A stretch of DNA of 57,309 nucleotides, counting the filler, from Squatina squatina (taxonomy: Eukaryota): assembly GCA_031763465.1 (NCBI GenBank). It is 3 parts of 3 records of this genome, joined end to end, with 100 filler letters (N's around TTAATTAATTAA, not from the genome) between each part and the next. Parts side by side here need not be neighbours in the genome. Positions count along the whole stretch, not along the records: positions 1 to 23,533 come from JARFOE010000016.1; 2 more parts are not named here. The stretch is one strand, 5' to 3'. Shown one piece after another: positions 1-11,449 of this stretch. Position 1 is the first letter of the stretch, and each line of letters opens with the position of its first letter. A model generated the notes under the pieces. The model searched no databases and was not told the origin of the DNA. It worked only from the letters and a program-made list of their open reading frames with translations. Made by a program: the position numbers and the translations under genes.

Positions 1-1738
1 ATGACTAACAGTATTTGAAATTTTATTCATTTAAATTTGCCAGGAAATATTTAGTATTTTAATCAATTATTAAGAGAATCACAGGTTTCTATAGAAGGGT
101 GAGTTTGATGAGACAAATAGTCTCATCTTTGCAGCAAGTTCCAATACCCTTAACTTTAGGTGACATCATTCCATTCAGTGTTTCATTGAACAAGATCTTT
201 TGCCCTGCCGTAGTTAAACCATGGCTGAATGCTGCATCAAACTAACTTTGAGGGGGTACAGCTTTTCAGACTTCCTTTCAGTATGCATTCACATTTGTAA
301 TAAAGTGGTAGATCATCGTCCTCTGAGCAAAGTGTGTTTTAAAATTAGACTGCATTTACCCTCTCATTCACAGTCCCTATCTGGTTTGTCCTGCAAAGTT
401 TCCCATATTCCTTACTGTATTTGGCACACAGCTGATCGGAAACCTACAAAAAAGAACAGAATATGTTATAAAATATTGCTGTTTAGATTTAAATGAGGTG
501 TCAGAAACCTTGGAAGGAAACAGGAGGAAAATGAATTCTGCTGAAGAACTCAGATTAATAAGCAAATGGCAGAACTGGCAGTATAATTTAGTAACAAGTT
601 GTTTTCATTTTGAAGCACTCATTTTAGTAAAATATAAAGTGATTTTACACCATAGCTTTGAAGAAAAATTTAAATATTGCACATTGTGGAAATCTAGGTC
701 AGTGCACCAGTGATAAATGAAACAGTACAAAGTATGTTACTCAAACACCACAGGCATATATTTTGAAGATTCTTTTCCCATAAAGATAATAGTAGCACAG
801 CCATAGCACAATTTTCTCTTTTATTCTATGGCCATGGTAAAGTTTAAAAAGCCTAAACCAGATTACTTCAATTAATACATGAACTTAATTGTTTCCATTT
901 CCCAACATCCATTTGCCTCCATGGCTGGACAACACTGGCCAAAACAATCACTGCTGTTGCTTCTTATTTATTCAACGGGCAAAGTTTGAACAATGAGGAA
1001 AAGGATCATCCACACCTTTTCTTCCCTCCCATGGATAACCTTGCCAAACTGGAAAGATCATCAACAGCAGGCAGAGTGGAAATGACAGCGGTGACTGAAT
1101 TTTTTCTGCATTTATACTGGCATTTGTTGAAGGCAGAGCACTAGAGCAGGCAATTTCTATACAACCCAGGCCATACAGCTAACATTGCAGAACTATTCCC
1201 TGAAGCAGCTCTGAAATACAAATCCATTAGTAGTCTTCTAGTTGGAGTAAACCATTAGTGCTGGGCCTACGGACCCAACCCATCTAAACAGAGCAAGTTA
1301 CTGAAGTGAATTATTTACATAGCAATGATTTATAGCAGTAATGTAAAATGAAAACGGTCCCTCTTCGCCAACTGGAGAGTAGATTTTTTTTTAATCCTAT
1401 GGCATCAATTCTGAGATATGTTAATACAATGTCACCATTACATTTGCTGATCTTTATGATGTCATTTTGATTTTTTTGGGGGCTAAATGCAAATTTGAAA
1501 GCAAAGAATCGCAATATATACACAATCTGAAGATGTGGGAAATTGTTCTGATATTTACTTGAATTATTTTGGATATATAGATTTGTACCAGGTCTGCATT
1601 CTCACAAACCATTAAACAGCAAATAGAACACAAGCAAAGNNNNNNNNNNNNNNNNNNNNNNNNNNNNNNNNNNNNNNNNNNNNNNNNNNNNNNNNNNNNN
1701 NNNNNNNNNNNNNNNNNNNNNNNNNNNNNNNNNNNNNN

Positions 1739-2850
1739 NATTGGGGGCAAATTCTTGACCTGGTTAGGAAATATGCTGAGCGGCAGGAGATAGGCAGCGG
1801 GGATAATGGGTAGATACTCAAATTGGCAGGAGGTGACTAGTGGTGTCCCACAGGGATCTGTGTTGGGACCGCAACCAGTCACAGTATTTATTAACAACTT
1901 AGATATGGGGATAGAAAATCATATATCCAAGTTTGCCAATGACACAAAGATAGGTGGAATTGTAGGCAGTTTAGATGGAATCATAAAATTACAAAAGGTA
2001 TCGACAGATTCAGTGAATGGGCAAAACCTTGGCAAATGGATTTCAATGGAGGCAAATATGATGTCATCCACTTTGGATGTAAAAAGGATAGAAGAGGGTA
2101 CTTCCTAAATGGTGAAAGGCTAAACACAGTTGAGATCCAAAGAGACTTGGGGGTCCACGTACATAAATCATTAAAATGTCATGAACAGGTACAGAAAATT
2201 ATCAAAAAGGCTAATGGGGTGCTGGCCTTTATACCTAGAGGACTAGAATACAAGGGATAGCAGCTGTGCTGCAGCTATACAAAACCCTAGTTAGACCACA
2301 CCTAGAGTACTGTGAGCAGTTCTGGGCACCACACCTTACTTAAAAAGGATATATTGGCCTTTGAGGAAGTGCAGCGTAGGTTTACCAGAATGATACCCGG
2401 ACTTCAAGGGTTAAGTTACAAGGAGAGCTTACACAAATTAGGGTTGTATTCCCTGAATTTAGAAGGTTAAGGGGTGATGTGATCAAAGTTTTCAAGATAT
2501 TAAGAGGAACAGATAGGGTAGATAGAGAGAAACCATTTCCACTGGTGGGAGAGTCTAAACAAGGGGGCATGGTCTAAAAATTAGAGCCAGACCTTTCAAA
2601 AGTGAAATTAAGAAACACTTCTACACACACAGGGTAGAAGAAGTTTGGAACCCTCTTCTGCAAATGGCAATTGATGCTAGGTCAATTGTTAATTTTAAAT
2701 CCGAGATTGATAGCTTTTTGTTAACCAAAGGTATTAAGGAATATGGGCCAAAAGCAGGTATATGGAGTTAGGTCACAGATCAACCATGATCTCACTGAAT
2801 GGCGGAGCAGGCTGGAGGAGCTGATTGGCCTACTCCTGCTCCTATGTTCA
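1739..2850 (+). mobile_element. CR1-clade LINE (elasmobranch HER1-like), decayed 3' part of ORF2 plus 3' tail
   Basis: Frameshifted reverse transcriptase motifs GVPQGSVLGP, FINNLD, SKFANDTKIGG and RDLGVHVHKSLK. Ends in the tail GAATGGCGGAGCAGGCTGG...TGGCCTACTCCTGCTCCTATGTTC, which recurs at about 49930-50020 (-) and 52520-52585 (+). Confidence 0.9.
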
Positions 2851-3599
2851 CGGATATTAAGTAGATTATAATAACGACTCTAAATGTGGTCACTAATATC
2901 TTCAATTTAAAATAGTTTGAGACAACCTAAGTCATCTAAACATGTAATTAGAAAAGGAGTATTCTTCTGCTAACCCATCTCCCTCCGCCAAAACTGAAGT
3001 ATTTGCTCACTACATTATACAGTGATCATGTGCTCCTCGTAAGGTGCCTCGCTCACCAAGAACATGGTTCAGGGAATCAGCACAAGGGTTCTAGCTCTAG
3101 CTCTGACCCATGCTCCCATTGAGCAAGGCTTCCCATTGGGAGCACATGATTACTGAATCTATCCTTCTAACCCTTTCACATGCCACTCTGAAATCAAACT
3201 AAATTCTGAAAGCCTGTAATCAAATATCAAAATTCAGCATGGACTGGAACCAGGAAAGGCTTCTCTGAGCCCTCCTCGTTTTGTCACAATGGAAAGTATA
3301 ATGGAAAAGTACAAAGCTTACTGCTTTCCACATAAACTCAGAAAAAGGTCAGATATAGAAGGTGCAAACTGTACACAATTCTAAGAGTAATTGGGCTACC
3401 ACAAGCCAATCTAGATAAGCTAACATCAAGCACGCATTATAACTTTAATGATTTAAAAAGTAAAACAAGATAGTGCATTCAATAACTGATACTATACGTA
3501 AACCACCAAGACCGACAAATCTGGTTATAAATATTTTCTAACGCTCTACTTATAATCACTAACTGAGAATTTCGCACTACAGTTCACCTCAAACTCAGG

Positions 3600-3616
3600 C
3601 ATGCAGAATACATGCA
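3600..3616 (-). promoter_or_regulatory. Two RBFOX-type UGCAUG intronic splicing elements downstream of IST1 exon copy B
   Basis: Plus-strand CATGCA at 3600-3605 and 3611-3616 reads TGCATG on the IST1 strand, at intron positions +54 and +43. Confidence 0.55.
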
Positions 3617-3658
3617 AAAATACCAGCAGCTACACCATCTCCATTCACTGCTACTTAC

Positions 3659-3746
3659 TATTTTCAACTCTGTTACTTCAGATTGTAACCTTGGGGCAGC
3701 CCAGATTAGTGTGGAGACTGCCTCTGCCAGACCTGGGTCCAGTTCC
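3659..3746 (-). CDS. IST1: IST1 third coding exon, copy B (88 nt)
   Basis: ttactcag|G GAA CTG...AAA ATA|gtaagt. Encodes ELDPGLAEAVSTLIWAAPRLQSEVTELKI, in phase with the previous exon (ATG AA|G). Confidence 0.93.
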
Positions 3747-3808
3747 CTGAGTAAAAAGGGGCAGACGGAGACCATAAATCATCTATAATCTATATAAAAA
3801 AAACTTAC

Positions 3809-3896
3809 AATTCTGAGTTCAGCTACTTCAGTCTGTAGTCGTGGGGCAGCCCAAATCAGAGTGGAAATAGACTCACTGAGGCCTGTGTCAAGTTCC
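3809..3896 (-). CDS. IST1: IST1 third coding exon, duplicated copy A (88 nt), candidate mutually exclusive exon
   Basis: tacatttag|G GAA CTT...AGA ATT|gtaagt. Encodes ELDTGLSESISTLIWAAPRLQTEVAELRI. Same length and phase as copy B, with 22/29 residues identical. Confidence 0.85.
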
Positions 3897-5310
3897 CTAA
3901 ATGTACATGGAAGAAAAAAGGTAGANNNNNNNNNNNNNNNNNNNNNNNNNNNNNNNNNNNNNNNNNNNNNNNNNNNNNNNNNNNNNNNNNNNNNNNNNNN
4001 NNNNNNNNNNNNNNNNNNNNNNNNNNNNNNNNNNNNNNNNNNNNNNNNNNNNNNNNNNNNNNNNNNNNNNNNNNNNNNNNNNNNNNNNNNNNNNNNNNNN
4101 NNNNNNNNNNNNNNNNNNNNNNNNNNNNNNNNNNNNNNNNNNNNNNNNNNNNNNNNNNNNNNNNNNNNNNNNNNNNNNNNNNNNNNNNNNNNNNNNNNNN
4201 NNNNNNNNNNNNNNNNNNNNNNNNNNNNNNNNNNNNNNNNNNNNNNNNNNNNNNNNNNNNNNNNNNNNNNNNNNNNNNNNNNNNNNNNNNNNNNNNNNNN
4301 NNNNNNNNNNNNNNNNNNNNNNNNNNNNNNNNNNNNNNNNNNNNNNNNNNNNNNNNNNNNNNNNNNNNNNNNNNNNNNNNNNNNNNNNNNNNNNNNNNNN
4401 NNNNNNNNNNNNNNNNNNNNNNNNNNNNNNNNNNNNNNNNNNNNNNNNNNNNNNNNNNNNNNNNNNNNNNNNNNNNNNNNNNNNNNNNNNNNNNNNNNNN
4501 NNNNNNNNNNNNNNNNNNNNNNNNNNNNNNNNNNNNNNNNNNNNNNNNNNNNNNNNNNNNNNNNNNNNNNNNNNNNNNNNNNNNNNNNNNNNNNNNNNNN
4601 NNNNNNNNNNNNNNNNNNNNNNNNNNNNNNNNNNNNNNNNNNNNNNNNNNNNNNNNNNNNNNNNNNNNNNNNNNNNNNNNNNNNNNNNNNNNNNNNNNNN
4701 NNNNNNNNNNNNNNNNNNNNNNNNNNNNNNNNNNNNNNNNNNNNNNNNNNNNNNNNNNNNNNNNNNNNNNNNNNNNNNNNNNNNNNNNNNNNNNNNNNNN
4801 NNNNNNNNNNNNNNNNNNNNNNNNNNNNNNNNNNNNNNNNNNNNNNNNNNNNNNNNNNNNNNNNNNNNNNNNNNNTTTTGTATTTTCATTAAGGATTCTT
4901 ATGTAAAGAAAACTGGTAAATGGTCTGTACGAAGACAGGAGCACAGTAACTACTGTATTAATTGTGGATTGTGGAGAGGCAGTTAACAGTTGTATAGTGT
5001 TGGCAGAAGATGCAAATATTAGCAGCAACACTGCAGCATTGGCATTGTTTATTTTTCTACCTTGTTCCTCTCCAACAAAATAGTTCTGTTCCAAATTTAA
5101 AGTTAGTATCATGTGACCTTTCATCTTTCAGCTGAGTGAAAACACCGATTTGCCCAATAAAAAGATCTCTACACCAGTTGTGTAAACTTTAAGTTTTCTT
5201 ATTTATAGAAACACACCAATATTTTGCTGTTTAGTCATATATGACATTTAAGACCAGTGAAAAAATAACACATACAACCAATAACATAACTTTATATCAT
5301 GTTTACGTAC

Positions 5311-5491
5311 TTCATTGATTGAATCATGCCAAAGCGTGCAAGCAACAAATCACAGTATAGCTCCAGAATCTCCATAGCTTCCACCAAATAGTCCTCTCGA
5401 ATGATATGCTCAACACGGATTCGAGCCCGCTCATCCTTCCCAGACGAAAGATAATCTGCAATTTCCTTCCTGGCTTTCTGCGCTAACTCAG
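5311..5491 (-). CDS. IST1: IST1 second coding exon (181 nt)
   Basis: ccttacag|CT GAG TTA...ATG AA|gtacgt. Encodes (T)ELAQKARKEIADYLSSGKDERARIRVEHIIREDYLVEAMEILELYCDLLLARFGMIQSM(K), the IST1 ESCRT-III core. Confidence 0.95.
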
Positions 5492-5806
5492 CTGTAAGGG
5501 TAATCAAACAATAACAACAGTGCAGTATTTTTTAAAGAGAAAAATTGTAATCTTTTGTATTAGATTAACCAAGACAATCGGCTAAATTATCATTTTAGCA
5601 ATGGGTAACTGAGCCACATACAGTACCAAAGAGCTGGACCACTAAGTAGCAGGTCATTACACACCAACAATAAGGCCTTAGTGGTGCAGCTCCATTAAGT
5701 ATAGGAAATGTTTTATGAACTGAGGTTTTAATATCAGAAAGATAATGACTATTAACAATATCAAGCAGCAAACCTTTAATAAATTCAAGGAAAAAAAATC
5801 ACCTAC

Positions 5807-5894
5807 TTTTCTTTTTCTCCAGTAGCTTAAGCCTATTGATGACAAGTCGTAGGTTGACGCGCAACCGTTCTGGTCTGAATCCTGATCGCAGCAT
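5807..5894 (-). CDS. IST1: IST1 first coding exon (ATG at 5894; exon acceptor at 5921-5922)
   Basis: MLRSGFRPERLRVNLRLVINRLKLLEKKK + A|gtaggt; 88 coding nt, phase matches the next exon. Later IST1 exons are not seen (gaps or window edge). Confidence 0.95.
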
Positions 5895-6049
5895 GACTGG
5901 ATCTTAAAAATTGAATCAACCTAGCAGGAAGAGAAAGAGTAAACTCTAAGCAACCAACTAAGGAAAAAAATGTTGCATTGAGATTTTCATATTCATCCCA
6001 CTTGAAAATGGCAGCCGGTTATACCTGCGATAACAATTTATACTAAATG

Positions 6050-6390
6050 TGAAGTAGTCACATCCTCCACTCTCCTTGCTAGTCCAACTTATCAAACACT
6101 ATATGCTGCCTATATCCTGTATTCTCGTCCTTGTTTATAAATCTTTCCATAGGTCTTATCCAACCCTATCTCTGCAAACTCGTTCAGCCCTATGCTGAAC
6201 GTCGCTTTCCTCTGATGCCAGCCTCTTGTGCTCTCTGGAACTCCCTCCCAAAATCTCTCCATCTTTAACTAGCTTCTCATAGCATGCAATTCAACCTCCT
6301 AGTCTCTTCATTCTTGGGTTGGCATCCATGCTCCTTATGCCCATTTGTAAAACATCTTGAAAAGTTTTTTATGCTAAAGGCACTATATAT
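6050..6390 (+). mobile_element. Decayed L2-like LINE 3' fragment, followed by a CR1 tail fragment (about 6395-6520, minus)
   Basis: Degenerate similarity to the L2 copy at 45640-46200 (GTTTATAAATCTTTCCATAGG, CTCTGGAACTCCCTCCC, ...AAAGGCACTATA). Confidence 0.5.
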
Positions 6391-8418
6391 TACACAGAAT
6401 ATGAAAATAGGCCATTCAGCCCAACCCATCTGTGTGGTGTTTATCCTTCACATGAGCAGTAGTCCTAATCTCATGTGTCCATCCTTTTCCATATCCTTTT
6501 ATCCACCTATCTAACCTATTCNNNNNNNNNNNNNNNNNNNNNNNNNNNNNNNNNNNNNNNNNNNNNNNNNNNNNNNNNNNNNNNNNNNNNNNNNNNNNNN
6601 NNNNNNNNNNNNNNNNNNNNNTGGTCATTGTCGACATAACAGCGATGTAGGTGTGAAGACTACTATTACATTCATAGAAAATGTCAAGTAGTGGATGAGA
6701 TATGCTCACCTAATATTAAAATTGTTAAACTTTTCATTATTTAAGATCTTGTCAGCTTTCAAATTGCCTCTAACATTTTAAAGTGCCTATAACATTGTAT
6801 ATCATTTACCAAAAAAAAGCATGATTTAAAGATTATCTATTATATAGAGAATTAACCAAGCACATCATAATATATACAAGATGGTGAACTCTTGTGTCTC
6901 AGTCTCACTGCAATGAAATGCATACTATTAATGTACTGTCTTTATGAAAAAAATGTTTAGCAAACTTTTCTGTGCCTTCACCAAATACTGTGACAAGATG
7001 ATACAAGTTGTGTGAAAATGTATCAATGAATTGCAGAAATGTTATTGTCGGAGATCTATGCAAGACTGGCCTCCATCACTTGGTGTATAGTTCACAAAGG
7101 AATACAGATTTGTATTGAGTTATTCCTTTAATTATTCATTATCCAGGCTCAAGCATGAAAAATGGTCACTTGGGTACAGTACTTGGAATCATCGCCCAGC
7201 AATATGTTAATGCCTTCAGAATAGTAAAGGATTTAGAATTGGTGGTGAAAAATTGACAAGAAAAAGAACAAAGCTATTATTTGAACTGTGCATCCATTTC
7301 TGATTTTTCCTGATACTGCATATTACAGGAGCTTAGTAAATCATTCACTGTATCACATACTCTAGGATTTTGAGTGGGCAGGGCAGCATCCTCTCTGTCT
7401 CCCTCCCTCCAGCACTCCTTTGATTTTCAAAATTGACAAAATATATGTACTACTCTCAACAAGAATAATTTAACATTCAATGTTTGAACCAATTTACGAT
7501 TCACAAGTGCTTGTTACATAACTTGAATATGTATCAAACCATTTGTTACATCAAGTTGCTCATATATTATATGGATCATGTAGTAACAGTGAAGCATATA
7601 CTTTCACTAGGTTAATCTGCAAGAAGAAAATGCTTAAAATAAGGTGAGAGTTTTAGGGCTAAATCACATTTTAACACATTTGCAATCACTCTGATGAACT
7701 TGAAAGCAAATAATTGGTGCTACCTCCTGTTCTGCTTTCAAATTGTACTCTTTGGCTAGATTTACTCAGAGGTACCTAAATCTCAGCATGTAAATACCAT
7801 ACTTTCAAAAGTCTTTCTTCTGNNNNNNNNNNTATAAGTTGGCTAGCCAGCAGAAAACCTAGAATTCATGGTGACCTTAAACTCGTTGTCTAATTTGTTT
7901 TTGTGGATTATTGTGGTGTGTTTATGTATCTGATAGTAGCAGACACTAATCTGTAAGGCCAGAATTTTAAAAAACTGTTTTTCTGGACAGTGTTACCTCA
8001 GGGATTGTCTCTTGAGATGTCAGATATTGATGTGCAAGAGGTGAACAGCTTGCGTGTTCTCTGGTATTGGTGCACTGTACTACAAGACCATTTTGGTTTT
8101 TGAAATTCCATTTTTAGTTTTCTTTTAAAGATCAGCTTCCAATTATTAGAGTGACTGGGGGCACAAAATTGACCAGTGAAAGATCATAAAGTTTTTGGAG
8201 TATACACTGCGTAACCTCTGCAAACTGCAGCTGTAAACTGTGTTTCATAATGGGCTTTTTTTTTAAAATTCTCTATGAAAGGTTTTAATAAGTATCTCAC
8301 TGTATTATAAACAGNNNNNNNNNNNNNNNNNNNNNNNNNNNNNNNNNNNNNNNNNNNNNNNNNNNNNNNNNNNNNNNNNNNNNNNNNNNNNNNNNNNNNN
8401 NNNNNNNNNNNNNNGTGT

Positions 8419-8656
8419 GTTGGGAGAGGGAGGGTGAGGGAGAAAGAAAGGGGGAGAGTGGAGGGGAGGGGAGGAGAAGGGCAGAAGGGGAGAGAGAGAG
8501 AGAAGGGGAGGGAGGAGAAGGGGAGGGGCGAAAGGGAGGAGAGAGAGAGAGAGAAGGGGAGGGGCGAAAGGGGAGTGAGAGAGAAGGGGAGGGGCGAAAC
8601 GGGAGTAAGAGACGGAGGAGAGTGAGAGAAGGAAGGGGAGAGAAAGTGAGGGAGAG
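8419..8656 (+). repeat. Purine-rich (GA) low-complexity repeat with recurring GAGAGAAGGGGAGGGGCGAAA units
   Basis: Almost purely G/A on the plus strand for about 240 nt; the unit is seen 3-4 times. Confidence 0.85.
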
Positions 8657-8659
8657 CTG

Positions 8660-9010
8660 TCGGTTCAGAGGGCTGAGCGAATCTCCCCCCATCGAACGAC
8701 AGCCACTCAATCAGCATTGACAATCTTTTTAAGCGTATGGACTGAGTGAGTGACGGGATTAAAGTCAACGCTTCAGCCAGCGAGCGCTGCCGGAAGGAAG
8801 TCCTGAGCAGAGGCGAGAGACAGTGCGGAGTGGCAGGGCCGGAGTGAGGAACAGGGCGATGGGTGTGATGTGAGCCAGAGCGGCGGACTTCTGTCTGATT
8901 CGCTTCTCTTCGACACCGAATCGGCGTGGGATTGCAGGCTCTCTATCTCTCTCTCTCTCTACCCCCGCCCACTGTCCGCGGAATTGACGCAGTAAAAAGT
9001 TGTGTGCGGA
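8660..9010. promoter_or_regulatory. CpG-rich promoter/5' region of SLC10A3, possibly shared with the divergent IST1
   Basis: Locally high CpG density continuing into the CDS. Tandem ETS/GABP-like CCGGAAGGAAGT at 8790-8801 and TGACG half-sites near 8751 and 8985. Confidence 0.5.
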
Positions 9011-10390
9011 ATGTTTGATGTCTGCAAGTTGTTGTGGCCAGGCGGCATGCAGCAAGCGCTGCTTCTCCTGGGCTTGTTCGGCGGGGTTCGCTGCCTTCTC
9101 GACTCGAACAGCACCGCCCCGGGCCGGCACTACGTCAATATCGGCGATGGCACTTCCACCGAATTCGAGTTCCCCGAAAATACCAAAGGGATCATTGTGA
9201 TTTCCAGCCGGTACGGCAGCGCCCGGGAGAAGGACTTCACTCGGCTCTTGGTCCAGTCTCTGGATCCAGATGTTCTCGCAATCATCAACGTCAGCGACGC
9301 TGAAGCTATCGGATTTGAGAAAAGTTACATTGTCAGCATAAGATCCGGACTGGCCGGCACCGCGCCACTCTTAATCCGGCTGCTAGATGTCACCAGGATT
9401 GAGCCATTGACCGTGGAAGAACGAGAAGATTATATCATTAAAGTACTGCCCAGTGCTGATGATCTCGGTTACACTGGTCTGGCGCATTTCTCTCAAAACC
9501 CCGTCCTTTATTTCCTTTTGCCTTTGATTTTTATCAATAAATGTGCTTTCGGCTGTAAAGTGGAGATAGCAGTGCTCCGAGGTCTTCTGAAGCAGCCACA
9601 TCCTGTCATTCTAGGGGTGATTGGGCAGTTTCTGGTGATGCCCTTGTATGGATACACATTGTCCAAGATCTTCTCACTTCCCAAAGCCCTTTCCCTTGGG
9701 CTGATCATTTCTTGCTCTGCCCCAGGAGGAGGCGGAGGTTACCTTTACAGCCTACTTCTTGGAGGGGATGTGACCCTTGCCATCTCCATGACCTTGATTT
9801 CGACTGTGGTCGCAACTGGTATGATGCCACTTTCATCCACTATGTATAGCCACATTCTCAATGTTCATGAAACACTGCATGTGCCATTTACTAAGATTCT
9901 GGTAACATTGCTGTTTCTCGCTATTCCCATTTCAACCGGAATGTTAATCTAGGACAAATTGCCACGGGTCAGCACGTTCTTGCTTNNNNNNNNNNNNNNN
10001 NNNNNNNNNNNNNNNNNNNNNNNNNNNNNNNNNNNNNNNNNNNNNNNNNNNNNNNNNNNNNNNNNNNNNNNNNNNNNNNNNNNNNNNNNNNNNNNNNNNN
10101 NNNNNNNNNNGTTTGGACTGTTCATTGGATATCTCATGGCCTATTGTTTGAGATTATCTGTTCCTTTGTGCAAAACAGTCAGTATAGAAATTGGAGTCCA
10201 GAATAGCCTACTAGCCCTTGCTGTACTCCAGTTGTCCTTCCGCCGCATCGAAGCAGACTTTGCCTCACAGGCCCCTTTCATAATGGCTCTGAGTAGCACT
10301 TCAGAAATGCTGCTGCTTGTGATCGTTCATTTTATCTACAGAAACCTCAGGCCAAGCCCAGTCTCTGAAGACAATGAATTTAAGTCCTAA
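9011..10390 (+). CDS. SLC10A3: SLC10A3 (P3 protein, sodium/bile acid symporter family), single coding exon; in-frame TAG at 9950-9952 and N-gap at 9986-10110
   Basis: Motifs LLPLIFINKCAFGCKVE, CSAPGGGGGYLYSLLLGGDVTLAISMT, HETLHVP and TVSIEIGVQNSLLALAVLQLSFRR..ADFASQAPF..ALS.TSEML. Both ORF halves lie in one frame across the gap. First ATG at 9011, alternative ATG at 9047 before a signal-peptide-like stretch. Confidence 0.88.
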
Positions 10391-11449
10391 CCTTTTTGGA
10401 TTTGTTCAAATGAAACAAATTCCCTGCACTGCAAAATGTATTTGAATATTTTTGTATTGACCTATTTTCTAACATGAGAGTATATGGCTACTGCAGNNNN
10501 NNNNNNTGATGTTTACATGTTCTTCTGAAATGAGCCACTGTTTTGCTTTTCTGCTGAAAACAAAAATACACTGTAATTCAATTGCTGAACTACTTCTGGC
10601 ATGTTAAAATACCAACCCTGTACTTTGCATCTAGTATCTAATTTCAGTGGAATTGATAATTGCATATGATTTCAAGAATAATTTTAAGTTTTATTGCTGT
10701 GAAAATAGCTGTGAATGTTTTCCCTTTTTTATGCAACAGTTTGTGCCATCTGCAGTGAGAGTTGTTTCCTCCTGTAACCTTTTCAGGTGTATGTTATTTT
10801 GAAGGGAAAGAATATTCCACTACATTGTCACCTAGCCATTATAAAGAGGCTTCTATGCATTTCAGTANNNNNNNNNNNNNNNNNNNNNNNNNNNNNNNNN
10901 CATTAGTTGGAGTCCTGTGCAAAATGTTTGTCACCTGACTGACTGTGAACTACACAGCCGGGTCCTTTTTGTAATATTTGACATCAGTAAGAATGCACAC
11001 CGATTAAGTTTTTTGCGCTGAGGTCAGATCCTGTGATGTCTTGTATGAAATTCAAGTTAATAACCTCCTAGTAGTAATGCTATTCTGCGGAAATAAAATA
11101 GCTGATTGATAAAAGCTAAAGTTAGTACAAACTGAACTAGACTGCTTTTTTTTTAACTTTTGAGTGGATGCTCCATTTATTCCCCTGGGCCCAGTTGAAA
11201 TGGCAATGGCCTGCATGTTGTCCTCCTGCTGAGAGTCTCCTTTTCATAAAGCTCTACTATAGCAGATCCTACAAAAAGCATTTTGTAATATATTTTCACC
11301 GCCTTTATAGCTTAGTGCCCAGGCTTGAATGTTCCGACATTCAAAAGAAAGGCCTGATGTAATGATTTTTCTCTTGCAATGCGGTGAAGGGGGTTTTTTT
11401 AGTTGAAAGGGTTTTTTTTAAATTTATTTTCCACTTCACTTCCCCTTTT

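Noticed and set aside
1020-1085. Minus-strand DDLSSLAR resembling the IST1 C-terminal DFDDLSRRF motif
   Set aside because: Only four residues match, the flanks do not resemble IST1 and no convincing splice sites are present.
3809-3896. IST1 exon duplicate as an assembly or haplotype artefact
   Set aside because: The copies differ at 7 residues and 12 further synonymous codons, have unrelated flanks and lie within one contig. That is far too diverged for alleles.
3856-5124. Long ORFs of 330-422 aa, and the many other X-containing ORFs
   Set aside because: They are open only because N runs contain no stop codons.
8184-8768. Pro/Ser/Leu-rich and Glu/Arg/Gly-rich ORFs
   Set aside because: Translations of the GA-rich low-complexity tract.
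9950-9952. Programmed readthrough or recoding at the SLC10A3 TAG
   Set aside because: The codon is UAG, not UGA, and lacks a CUAG-type readthrough context. Its position near a contig end makes an error or a simple nonsense variant more parsimonious.
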